Shown one piece after another: positions 25,559 through 35,200 of a DNA stretch of 41,751 nucleotides. The translations under genes and the position numbers were made by a program. Every line of letters begins with the position of its first letter. The stretch's first letter is position 1. Where the stretch lies: assembly GCA_009917815.1 (NCBI GenBank), contig RGER01000001.1:1-41751 (forward strand), read 5' to 3'. Source of the DNA: Actinomycetota bacterium. GTDB lineage: Bacteria; Actinomycetota; Actinomycetes; Nanopelagicales; Nanopelagicaceae. The notes beneath the pieces are model-generated. The model ran no database searches. It saw nothing but the letters and a program-made list of their open reading frames with translations, and was not told where the DNA came from.

Positions 25559-26353
25559 TTACTGGAGCAGGAGAGTATCTAAGCCGCGGATAAGGCCCTT
25601 TTGCTTGATGACCGCACGTGCTGCAAGGAGAGTGCCATCCACATATGGTGCCGGCGAACTACCTGCGTCAAAGCGGATAGAAAGTCGTTGCTCTGGTAGC
25701 CCGAAGATCACTTCGGTAGAGACTACGAAACTTGGTTGGCGAATCGAGTGGACTCGAGTGCCATCGATATCTGCACCGCGGGCTTCCTTTGGTCCAGCGA
25801 TATCAGCAACTTCGACGCCGATTGCTGGGCGATGCACTGCGCTGAGTTTCTCTGCGAGCTCGCGCGCGGTGCCGCTGGGAACATCTGGCTTGGTGAAACT
25901 TGCGTAGTCGATGACCTCCCATTGCGGAAGATGTTTAGCCACCATCACGGCGGCGGCTTGTGCAAGTGCGGCCGTGATTGCAAAGTTTCCAGAGCCAACA
26001 ACGCCAACTCCAGCTTTCTTTGCTGCTGCATCAACTTCATCGTAATCTGCACCGGTAAGTCCTGAAGAACCCACAATCACGTGCACACCGTGAGCAATAG
26101 CAGCCAACGTATTTGCTTTAACAGTTGCATGGCTGGTGTATTCGATCATTACATCGACGCCCGCGAGCGCATCATTTATGTCAGCAAAGACCGGAACTCC
26201 CCACTTTCCAGCACCGAGTGCTTCACCTAAATCTCTACCTGCACTTTTGCGAGCAACGGCGGAAACGAGTTTGAGATCGGAACTTTCGTGAATAGCGTGG
26301 GCCAGGGCCACTCCGGTCCAACCGGTAGCTCCTGCAAGGCAGATGTTGATCAT
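25559..26353 (-). CDS. DapB-like (4-hydroxy-tetrahydrodipicolinate reductase family) oxidoreductase
   Basis: N-terminal Rossmann motif ICLAGATGWTG and a KPDVPSGTA motif. The canonical HH preceding that motif is replaced. I prefer the ATG at 26353 to the ORF-track start at 26455. Confidence 0.7.
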   Translation of the reverse strand: MINICLAGATGWTGVALAHAIHESSDLKLVSAVARKSAGRDLGEALGAGKWGVPVFADINDALAGVDVMIEYTSHATVKANTLAAIAHGVHVIVGSSGLTGADYDEVDAAAKKAGVGVVGSGNFAITAALAQAAAVMVAKHLPQWEVIDYASFTKPDVPSGTARELAEKLSAVHRPAIGVEVADIAGPKEARGADIDGTRVHSIRQPSFVVSTEVIFGLPEQRLSIRFDAGSSPAPYVDGTLLAARAVIKQKGLIRGLDTLLLQ

Positions 26354-26564
26354 GCGGGCAGTCTGCCATGAGCGTAAATCGAGCGCGGAGAACACGCTGG
26401 TAAGAACGGGGGCAAAGCCACGGTAGACTTGGGTCAGTTGGAGCAACCGCTTCAAAAGAACTTCCCTGAACGCTTCGTGCGTTTACTTGCGAGTCTTGGC
26501 AACATCTTGGTCGAAGTTGGGCCATTTCGGGACGCGCTTGTCGTCCCGTTAGGTGTATTTGTCC

Positions 26565-27911
26565 ATGTCATTCTTTAAACTCGGTGTTAATCCTGCGCTC
26601 GTAAAGGTCCTCAAGGCCGGCGGGATCCTCGAACCGTTCCCTATTCAAACCGCCACCCTTCCCGATGCTATCGCTGGCCGGGACGTCTTGGGCCGCGGTC
26701 AGACCGGTTCCGGTAAGACCCTCGCCTTCGGCCTAGCAATGCTCACCCGCCTCGCTGGACGCCAAGCTAAGGCACACCAACCACTCGCGCTGATCCTGGC
26801 TCCTACTCGCGAACTCGCGATGCAGATCAACGACACCTTGCGCCCACTCAACCAATCACTTGGTCTTGATTCACGCCTCATCGCTGGCGGTATGCCTTAC
26901 GGACAACAAATCCAGGCGCTGCGTAAAGCGGTCCCGATTCTGGTTGCCACCCCTGGTCGTCTCATGGACTTGATCAAGCAACGCGAAGTACGTCTTTCAG
27001 ATGTTGAAATCGTGATTCTTGATGAAGCCGATCAGATGGTCGATATGGGCTTCCTTCCAGTCGTGAAGGAAATCCTTGATCAAACGAAGCCAAACGGCCA
27101 ACGTCTTCTCTTCAGTGCAACTCTTGATGGTCCCGTTGAACAACTTGTTCGCAAGTATCTCCGTAACCCAGTCGTGCACTCAGTAGATTCCGATAAGGCA
27201 TCCGTTGACACCATGGATCACCATGTTCTTGTTATCGATCCGCTCGATAAAGATAAAATCACTACGCAGCTTGCTGCGCGCGATGGTCGCACCATTCTTT
27301 TCGTACGTACCCAACACGGTGCTGACAAGCTTGCGAAGAAACTTGCAGATCGCGGTGTACCCGTCGGCTCACTTCACGGTGGTAAGTCACAAGCAGTGCG
27401 TACGCGTACTCTTGCGGCCTTCAAGTCCGGTGAAACAAATGCACTTGTTGCAACAGACGTAGCCGCTCGCGGTATTCACGTTGATGGCATTTCACTTGTA
27501 GTGCACGTTGATGCACCTACCGATCCCAAGGATTACTTGCACCGTGCCGGTCGTACCGCACGTGCAGGTGAGTCCGGAACAGTAGTAACGCTTACGACTT
27601 CGAATCAACAGAAAACGATTCGTGGGCTCACCACTCGTGCGGGCGTTAACGCAGCATTCGTTCGCGTCAAGCCACATGCACCTGAACTCAACTCACTCTT
27701 CGGCGCACAAGAGCCAAGTGGCACCCCATGGGTTGCTCCGGTCTTTGCAGATAAGAGCGAAGGACGCCGTTCAGGTGGCGCTCGCCCAGCTGGTCGTTCC
27801 AATTCAAGTGGTCGCCCCGGCGCTTCAGGTGGTCGTCCCGGCGGACGCCCTGGTCAATCCAGCGGTAAGTCACGCCCACGTCCCGAGAGCCGTCGCCAGC
27901 GCCCTCGCTAA
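26565..27911 (+). CDS. DEAD-box ATP-dependent RNA helicase with Arg/Gly/Ser/Pro-rich tail
   Basis: Q-motif region, GSGKT, DEAD (ILDEADQM), SAT, HRAGRTAR and a basic low-complexity C-terminal tail. Alternative starts are GTG 26553 and TTG 26559. Confidence 0.9.
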   Translation: MSFFKLGVNPALVKVLKAGGILEPFPIQTATLPDAIAGRDVLGRGQTGSGKTLAFGLAMLTRLAGRQAKAHQPLALILAPTRELAMQINDTLRPLNQSLGLDSRLIAGGMPYGQQIQALRKAVPILVATPGRLMDLIKQREVRLSDVEIVILDEADQMVDMGFLPVVKEILDQTKPNGQRLLFSATLDGPVEQLVRKYLRNPVVHSVDSDKASVDTMDHHVLVIDPLDKDKITTQLAARDGRTILFVRTQHGADKLAKKLADRGVPVGSLHGGKSQAVRTRTLAAFKSGETNALVATDVAARGIHVDGISLVVHVDAPTDPKDYLHRAGRTARAGESGTVVTLTTSNQQKTIRGLTTRAGVNAAFVRVKPHAPELNSLFGAQEPSGTPWVAPVFADKSEGRRSGGARPAGRSNSSGRPGASGGRPGGRPGQSSGKSRPRPESRRQRPR

Positions 27912-27967
27912 ATCTTCGAGAGAGCGCGAGAATTGATCTTGCGCGAGAACGTCAGCGAAGGGAGACC

Positions 27968-28609
27968 ATGACAACGCGAGTCTTTGTTGTGGATGACCAC
28001 GAGTTGGTACGTAAGGGTTTAATCGATCTCATCAACTTTGAGGATGATCTCATTGTGGTTGGGAGCTCTGGAAGTTGTGCTGAGGCTAAAGCAACTTTTA
28101 AGACTTTAGATTTTGATGTCGCGGTTCTTGACGTTCGCCTTCCAGATGGAAGCGGTGTAGAACTCTGTCGAGAAATTCTGACTAATTGTTCTGACGTTAA
28201 AGTACTAATGCTGACCTCGTTCTCCGATGACGAAGCACTTCTCGGCGCCATTTTGGGTGGAGCTAGTGGTTTTGTCATCAAGGATATTAAGAATTTGGAA
28301 TTACTCGGTGCTATCCGTCAAGTTGCATCGGGTGAATCCCTGCTCAGCACCGCATCTGTTTCTGAAGTCACCTCACGACTACGCAGGAATAACAATCCGG
28401 CGAGTGAAATCTATGAACTGACAGATCAAGAGCAACGAGTCCTGGAATTTATTGGTCAAGGTATGACAAATCGCGAGATTGCATCCACGATGTTTTTGGC
28501 CGAGAAGACCATCAAGAATTACGTATCATCGCTTCTTCGCAAATTGGGGCTAGAACGCAGAACGCAAGCCGCAGGTCTCGCAGTCCGCCTCGGGGTAGAT
28601 AGGCACTAG
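27968..28609 (+). CDS. dosR: NarL/LuxR-family response regulator, DosR/DevR-like
   Basis: Near-colinear with M. tuberculosis DevR as I recall it: VDDHELVRKGL, DVAVLDVRLPDGSGVELCREIL, ASGFVIKDIK, MFLAEKTIKNYVSSLLRKLGLERRTQAA. Confidence 0.9.
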   Translation: MTTRVFVVDDHELVRKGLIDLINFEDDLIVVGSSGSCAEAKATFKTLDFDVAVLDVRLPDGSGVELCREILTNCSDVKVLMLTSFSDDEALLGAILGGASGFVIKDIKNLELLGAIRQVASGESLLSTASVSEVTSRLRRNNNPASEIYELTDQEQRVLEFIGQGMTNREIASTMFLAEKTIKNYVSSLLRKLGLERRTQAAGLAVRLGVDRH

Positions 28610-30795
28610 AGACTGCCCTGCCATACAGCTTTAGTTCCCGCCGATCCCATACCAAAGATTTCAAAACTGCCTTGTCGCTCTAAGGCTCTACTCTCCAAAT
28701 TGAGTAGACCACTTTTGCGATGACTTGCTACAAAACCCTTGCCATTATCGGTAACAGTTACCACGCAGTAAGTTTTGTTGGTGGAAAGAAGTAGCGAGAT
28801 ATCTGTCGCTCCGGCATGACGAATAGCGTTAGTAATCAGTTCCCGGATTACCGCAATAATATGAGTAGCAAGCTCAGGACTCACTAAGACATTTACTGGA
28901 CCTTCAAATTCGCAACGTATCTGGAAACCTGCGCTTGAATGAAGTGCATCTACCTCTCTCACGACTTGCGACCGAATGTCCAAGAGTGGCAGAGCTGCTT
29001 GAAGCTCGAAAATAGTATTCCTAATTTGCGAAATTGTATGGTCCAGATTGTCGACGCTCTCTTGAACACTTTCTGCGTCATCAACTGCCAAACTGCTTCG
29101 CTTGCCTAGAGTTTGCAACATCATCCCAGTAGCAAAGAGTCTCTGTATTACCAAATCATGAAGATCTCTCGCAATTCTCTCTCGCTCCGCAAGCACGCTC
29201 ATTTGGCTCTGTGCGATATGTCCACGGTAACTATCAATGGCGACCCCGGCGGCCGACGCTAAAACAATAACGAGTTGTTCATCTTCTTCAGTGAATTCCT
29301 CACCATTTCGCTTCTGCGTGAGATAGAGACTTCCGTAAATCTCATCTCGGATTCTGATGGGAACACCCAAAAAACCAGCCATTGATGGATGACCTTCAGG
29401 AAATCCCACTGATGCTGGATGCTCTCGGATTTCCTTTACGCGCAGTGGCTGAGGATGTTCAAGCAAGTGACCAAGAAGGCCTTTACCTTCCGGAAAAGAA
29501 GCAATCTCGTCGGCACTTTCTTCGCTAATTCCCACGTAGGTGAATTCTTCAAGAGTTCCATCTGGGCTCAATGCGCCGAGGGCACCGTACATACAGGCGG
29601 CTATAGCGCCAGTCCATCCGATGACGCCCCCAGCTTGGCGGGGTGGAAAGATCATCGGCATCTGTTTGAACGTGCTCGCATTACCTACGCCAGCAAAGAA
29701 GAAGATCGCCATCATGCCCCAAAAGAAGTTCATGAAGTCATCGCTACTTCCCGGTGAGAGCTGTCCCGATGTATATAGCGCAGACCCTGCGATCCCGACG
29801 CCTGAGAAGAAGGTCAGAATTCCGCCGCCTAGGCGATCGGCAACTGGCCCACTAATTACGCGCGCCGCCGATCCGACAAGGGGGCCAAAGAACGCGTACT
29901 TAACCGGGTCGGGCGCATTTGCAAAGTCACCATAGAGATTCTTAATAAGGAGCCCGAATTGACCGGCAAGCCCCGAGAAAGTTCCGAATGTCATCATGTA
30001 AAGCAATGTCATCAGCCAGGTGTCCTTATTCCGAAAGATATCCAGTTGATCTCGTACGCCGCGTGAGGTAACTGGAACGCTTTGCAACATTTTCCACGCG
30101 ATTAACACTGCGACTAATACAAATGGCACCCAAATCAAACCAGCATTCTGGTACCAAACGTCCTTACTCACTCCTTTAGCATTATCTACAAAGTGCTGTG
30201 GGGCTCCTAGTGTTGCTCCAAACATTGCCGAGCCAACGAGAATGGGTGTGAAGAATTGAATAACACTCACACCAAAGTTTCCGATGCCCGCCTGCACTCC
30301 AAGCGCTAAACCTTGCTTAGATTTTGGAAAGAAGTATGAAGTACTGGGCATGAAACCGGAGAAGATTCCGCCACCAATTCCGGAAAGGAATGCCAACAGC
30401 ATTAATGCGAAATATGGAGTGGCTGGAGAGCGAACTGCAAAGGACCAACCAATGAGCGGCAATAGCAATAGCGCTGTTGAAAAAGTAACCAGTTTACGAG
30501 TGCCCAAGATGGGAGGTAAGAACATCCAGATAAGGCGAAGCCCGCCTCCAGCTAAACCAGGCATGGCCGCCAGCCAGTAGAGCTCCTTCTTGCTGAGGTC
30601 GAATCCGAGGTTATTGAGCTTGGGTGCTAATGCTGAAACCAAGAACCAACTCATGAATCCGAGTGTCAATGCGTACGTAGTAATCCATAACGTTTTCCAT
30701 GAAATTCTCGAATCCCACTGACCCTCAACATTCGGATCCCACGATTTAATCCATTCAGCGGAGTTCTCTCGGGTTTTTTGATTTATTGAGGACAT
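28606..30795 (-). CDS. fusion protein: NarK-type nitrate/nitrite porter (TM1 to mid-TM11) + DosS/DosT-like haem-GAF domain + HisKA_3/HATPase_c histidine kinase
   Basis: A single uninterrupted ORF. NarK motifs (GGGLRLIW, FFPKSKQGLALG, GSAARVISG, GNASTFKQM) run into MYGALGAL...HPASVGFPEGHPSMAGFLGVPIRIRDEIYGSLYLTQK. These are followed by the H-box ERERIARDLHD, the N-box ELITNAIRHA and DNGKGF. I prefer the ATG at 30795 (GGAG RBS, 1 nt after the narK stop). Confidence 0.85.
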   Translation of the reverse strand: MSSINQKTRENSAEWIKSWDPNVEGQWDSRISWKTLWITTYALTLGFMSWFLVSALAPKLNNLGFDLSKKELYWLAAMPGLAGGGLRLIWMFLPPILGTRKLVTFSTALLLLPLIGWSFAVRSPATPYFALMLLAFLSGIGGGIFSGFMPSTSYFFPKSKQGLALGVQAGIGNFGVSVIQFFTPILVGSAMFGATLGAPQHFVDNAKGVSKDVWYQNAGLIWVPFVLVAVLIAWKMLQSVPVTSRGVRDQLDIFRNKDTWLMTLLYMMTFGTFSGLAGQFGLLIKNLYGDFANAPDPVKYAFFGPLVGSAARVISGPVADRLGGGILTFFSGVGIAGSALYTSGQLSPGSSDDFMNFFWGMMAIFFFAGVGNASTFKQMPMIFPPRQAGGVIGWTGAIAACMYGALGALSPDGTLEEFTYVGISEESADEIASFPEGKGLLGHLLEHPQPLRVKEIREHPASVGFPEGHPSMAGFLGVPIRIRDEIYGSLYLTQKRNGEEFTEEDEQLVIVLASAAGVAIDSYRGHIAQSQMSVLAERERIARDLHDLVIQRLFATGMMLQTLGKRSSLAVDDAESVQESVDNLDHTISQIRNTIFELQAALPLLDIRSQVVREVDALHSSAGFQIRCEFEGPVNVLVSPELATHIIAVIRELITNAIRHAGATDISLLLSTNKTYCVVTVTDNGKGFVASHRKSGLLNLESRALERQGSFEIFGMGSAGTKAVWQGSL

Positions 30796-30796
30796 A

Positions 30797-32107
30797 TCAA
30801 GCTCCATTCGTTTGTAATGGGTGGTAATCAATTCGATGCTCTAAATCAGGTGATGCTTGATGGAGCATTTTGACAATGACGTAATGCATCCAAAGTGTTG
30901 CTACAAGAGTGAGCAGAAAGAGCACGATAAAGGTCGACTGCGGCAATCCGGTTAGACCGCGCATAGAGACAAAGAACGGTGGGAGTAAGAATCCGCCAAG
31001 TGCCCCGAGAGTTCCTACTAAGCCACCGACAGCCCCTACGTCGTGAGGGAAATACTCTGGTATGTGCTTGAAGACAGCAGCTTTTCCTATTCCCATCGAG
31101 CATCCCACTACAAAGAGAATTATGGTGAAAGGAAACACACCAAGGTGGTAGGGCAGCACCGACTTAGCCCCTTCAGGCGTATTTAGAACTATGTATCCAA
31201 ATGGTGCCGCCAAGAGGGCGAGCGATACGAGCATCGAAATAAAAGTTGCGTACATGAGCCGTCGGGCTCCGATTTTGTCGGAGAGATAGCCACCCAGTGG
31301 ACGTAGTAGTGACGCCGGGAAGATGAAGAGAGCGGTGAGCAGCGCTGCATCATGGAGGTTTAACCCGTATACCGATACATAATATTTGGGCATCCATGAG
31401 GCGAGCGCCACATATGCGCCAAAGACAATTACGTAGTAGAAGCTAAAGCGCCACACTTGCATGTACTTCAAAGGTGCAAACATTTCTCGGAGTGGGCGAG
31501 AAGGTTGAATATTAATTGAATCTGCCGGTGTGAGAAATATGATGGCAACAGCGGTAAGGACTAGAAGCACTGCATAGAGAGCGGGAACAAAACGCCAACC
31601 ACCAGGGATTATTCCTCCAATATAAGAGGTGCCAATCGTTGCCGAAATTACTGCAGGGCCAATGAATTTAGTTGCAGAGGCACCCACATTTCCAGCACCA
31701 AATACACCGAGTGCAAATCCTTGACGCTCTCTCGGAAACCAATGCGAATTCCATGCAATGCCGACGCTAAAGAGATTTCCAGCGAACCCAACAAAGAAGG
31801 CGAGAGTGAGTAACCAGTGATAATTGAGAGTCATGTGGGCTAATAGATATGAAGGAATCGCAGTCAGAAGCAACATAACTACCGTGACACGCTTTCCGCC
31901 AATTCGATCAGCGAGCACGCCAAGTAGAAGTCGCCAGATAGCCCCATTCAGAATGGCAACAGAGGAGAGCCACGCTAATTGAGAATCTGTAAGGCCAAAT
32001 TCCTTCTGTATCGGAATGCCTAGAACACCAAACATGAGCCAGACTGCGAACATCAATGTAAAAGCAAATGTCGAGAGAGTGAGAACTCGACCAGCCCCGC
32101 GTGCCAT
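30797..32107 (-). CDS. narK: NarK/NasA-family nitrate/nitrite transporter (MFS, 12 TM)
   Basis: 436 aa. Motifs LADRIGGKRV, FPRERQGFALGVFGAGNVG and GTLGALGGFLLP. GGAGG RBS. It is divergent from narG. Confidence 0.9.
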   Translation of the reverse strand: MARGAGRVLTLSTFAFTLMFAVWLMFGVLGIPIQKEFGLTDSQLAWLSSVAILNGAIWRLLLGVLADRIGGKRVTVVMLLLTAIPSYLLAHMTLNYHWLLTLAFFVGFAGNLFSVGIAWNSHWFPRERQGFALGVFGAGNVGASATKFIGPAVISATIGTSYIGGIIPGGWRFVPALYAVLLVLTAVAIIFLTPADSINIQPSRPLREMFAPLKYMQVWRFSFYYVIVFGAYVALASWMPKYYVSVYGLNLHDAALLTALFIFPASLLRPLGGYLSDKIGARRLMYATFISMLVSLALLAAPFGYIVLNTPEGAKSVLPYHLGVFPFTIILFVVGCSMGIGKAAVFKHIPEYFPHDVGAVGGLVGTLGALGGFLLPPFFVSMRGLTGLPQSTFIVLFLLTLVATLWMHYVIVKMLHQASPDLEHRIDYHPLQTNGA

Positions 32108-32165
32108 GATTCCTCCACTTCGTCTTGGTGAAATCAGTTTCTCAAGGCTCGTTCTGCGTCCAATA

Positions 32166-32179
32166 GGGTCTTAAGTCCC
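32166..32179. promoter_or_regulatory. DosR-box-like palindrome GGGTCTTAAGTCCC
   Basis: Inverted repeat with the same 5-4-5 architecture as the M. tuberculosis DosR core GGGACTWWAGTCCC. It lies about 59 bp upstream of the narK start. Confidence 0.45.
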
Positions 32180-32202
32180 GTCTTCCCTTCGCAGCTTAAG
32201 TA

Positions 32203-32216
32203 GGGTCTTTAGACCC
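32203..32216. promoter_or_regulatory. DosR-box-like perfect palindrome GGGTCTTTAGACCC
   Basis: Perfect half-sites (GGGTC/GACCC) with a 4-nt AT spacer. It is centred about 43-44 nt upstream of the ATG at 32253. A GATAAT -10-like hexamer lies at 32241-32246. Confidence 0.45.
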
Positions 32217-32252
32217 TTATTCCACTATGTGCCTAGCCCAGATAATGAAGAC

Positions 32253-35200
32253 ATGATGCGAACCAAAGTTTCGAAATTCGATTTTGAAGACTCACTTGTT
32301 AACTTGGGTAGGTTCTTTACTAAGGGTGAAACTTCCTCCGACCTTCGATCGATTACCAAGAGCGGAGGGCGTGAGGGCGATGTCTTCTACCGTGATAGAT
32401 GGAGCCATGACAAAGTTGTTCGTTCCACACATGGAGTTAATTGCACCGGATCGTGTTCATGGAAGGTCTATGTAAAAGACGGCATCATTACGTGGGAGAC
32501 ACAGCAAACGGATTATCCATCTGTTGGCCCCGACTCCCCCGAGTATGAACCGCGAGGTTGCCCTCGCGGAGCAGCATTTTCTTGGTATACCTACTCACCG
32601 ACCCGCATACGTTTCCCATACATTCGTGGAATTCTTCTTGAGCTCTATCGCGAAGCTAAGAATCGCTTAAATGATCCCGTGCTCGCGTGGGCTGATGTGG
32701 TCGATAACCCAGTCTCTCGAAAGGCTTATCATCGCGCACGAGGTAAGGGTGGCTTGGTAAGAGCTAGCTGGAGCGAGGTAGCCGAAATTATCTCTGCCGC
32801 ACATGTTCATACCATCAAGAAATATGGACCAGATCGGGTTTTTGGCTTCTCTCCCATCCCTGCTATGTCAATGGCATCGCACGCAGCTGGTGCTCGATTC
32901 ATTTCTCTCCTAGGTGGAGCGATGCTCTCCTTCTATGACTGGTATGCCGATCTCCCAGTTGCCTCACCGCAAGTGTTTGGTGATCAAACTGACGTCCCCG
33001 AATCAGCCGATTGGTTTAACGCCTCTTATTTGATCATGTGGGGCTCTAATGTGCCTGTCACGCGTACCCCTGACGCTCACTTCATGACTGAAGCGCGTTA
33101 TCGTGGACAGAAAGTGGTAGCCATCAGTCCCGACTATGCAGACAATACAAAGTTTGCGGATGAATGGGTCGCCCCTCATCCCGGGACTGATGGCGCCCTG
33201 GGCATGGCGATGGGTCATGTCATACTCAAAGAATTCTTTATCGAAAAACAGACGCCTCGCTTTACCGATTATGTGAAGAAATACACAGATCTTCCGTATC
33301 TAGTTACGTTACGCGAAAAAGATGGCGCATGGATTCCCGATAAGTTCTTGGTAGCTTCAGATCTGGGCGATTTGTCTGAAGGTGCAAAATTCAAGACAGT
33401 GCTCCTTAATTCCGCCAGCAACGAGCCCTATATACCTAATGGATCGCTTGGACATCGATACAACGACGAGTCCATGGGAAAGTGGAATCTCGACCTCGAG
33501 GGCGTTGATCCAATTCTCACTTTGATCGGAGCGGCAAACTCAACTCCACTGAAAGTTGCTATGCCCCGTTTCGATATGGGTCAAGAGGATTCCGAGGGTG
33601 GAGGTGTACTACATCGAGGAGTACCAACGATTCGTGTTGCTGACCGACACGTAACCACTGTTTTCGATCTCATGTTGGCCCAATACGGAGTGGGTCGAGA
33701 AGGGCTTCCTGGGGAGTGGCCAACCGATTACACAGATCCGCTTCCTTATACACCGGCCTGGCAAGAAACGATTACAAACGTACCAGCCCAACAAGTAATT
33801 CGAATCGCCCGCGAATTCGCCCAAAATGCAGATGAATCTGAAGGTCGTTCAATGATTCTTCTCGGTGCAGGAACTAATCATTGGTTTCACTCAGACACGA
33901 TGTATCGCACTTTTCTCGCACTCGTCACTCTCACTGGATGTCAAGGAGTAAATGGTGGCGGCTGGGCGCACTATGTTGGTCAGGAAAAGTGTCGTCCGGT
34001 AACAGGTTGGGCCCAGCTCGCCTTTGGAGCTGATTGGTCTCGTCCCGCTCGGCAAATGATCGGCACTGCTTTCTGGTATGTATCCACGGATCAATGGCGC
34101 TATGACGCTCTTAAATCTGAACTTCTAGCAACACCACTCGGAGAAGAACGCTTCGCCGACATGACAGGCATCGACATTCTTGCAAAATCTGCACGCATGG
34201 GATGGATGCCTTCTTATCCTTCACTCAATAGAAATTCGCTCGACCTAGTAGATGAAGCACGTGAGTTGAGTGTCGATCCTGCGCAACATGTCGTCAACGA
34301 GTTGAAGAATGGCAATATCCAGTTTGCTATTGAGGATCCAGACGCGCAAGAGAATTGGCCACGAGTCTTGACTGTATGGCGAGCAAACATTCTTGGGTCA
34401 TCCAGTAAAGGAAATGAGTACTTCCTTAAGCATTTACTCGGCACCGATAATTCTGTCCGGGCTGAAGAGAACGGAGCGGATAACCGTCCACGCGATGTGA
34501 AGTGGCATGAAGATGCTCCAGAAGGCAAACTTGATTTACTCGTTTCTATCGACTTTCGGATGACAAGCACGGGTCTCTTCGGAGATATTTTGCTCCCAGC
34601 CGCTACTTGGTACGAGAAGCATGACCTCTCTAGTACAGATATGCATCCTTTCATCCATGCGTTCACCCCAGCAATCAAACCTCCTTGGGAAACTAAGACC
34701 GACTACGACATCTTCCAAATGCTTGGACGCGAAGTTGCTCAGCTCTCGCATGGCCACTTAGACGAGCGCGAAGATCTAGTAGTCGTTCCGCTTATCCATG
34801 ACACTCCTGATGCAATGGCCAACCCAAGTGGAATTGTGGCTGATTGGAAAGAGGGCGAGATTGAGCCGATTCCAGGGGTGACAATGCCCAAACTCATCGT
34901 TGTGAAGCGCGACTATCGCCAAATCGGCGAAAAGATGGGCGCTTTAGGACCCCTGGTCGATCAACTCGGCACCAACACCAAAGGTGTGCCGGTATCCGTA
35001 CTCCCGGAAATCGAATTACTGCGCCACTCTAATGGTGTTATCTCCCATGGTGTCGCTGCTGGACGTCCATCGCTTGCTCGTGACGTAGACGCCTGCGAAA
35101 CCATTCTGGCTCTCTCTGGAACAACTAACGGCAGAGTGGCAGTTGCCGGTTTCCGAGCGTTAGAACGCCGTACAGGACAGAAGCTCACAGATCTGGCGCT

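Noticed and set aside
26528-26548. Inverted repeat TTCGGGACG-N7-CGTCCCGTT upstream of the DEAD-box helicase, as a third DosR box
   Set aside because: The left half resembles the DosR half-site (TTSGGGAC), but the GGGAC and GTCCC half-sites are 9 nt apart rather than 4. The repeat lies within 5-17 nt of the candidate start codons, so a 5'-UTR RNA hairpin is more likely than an operator.
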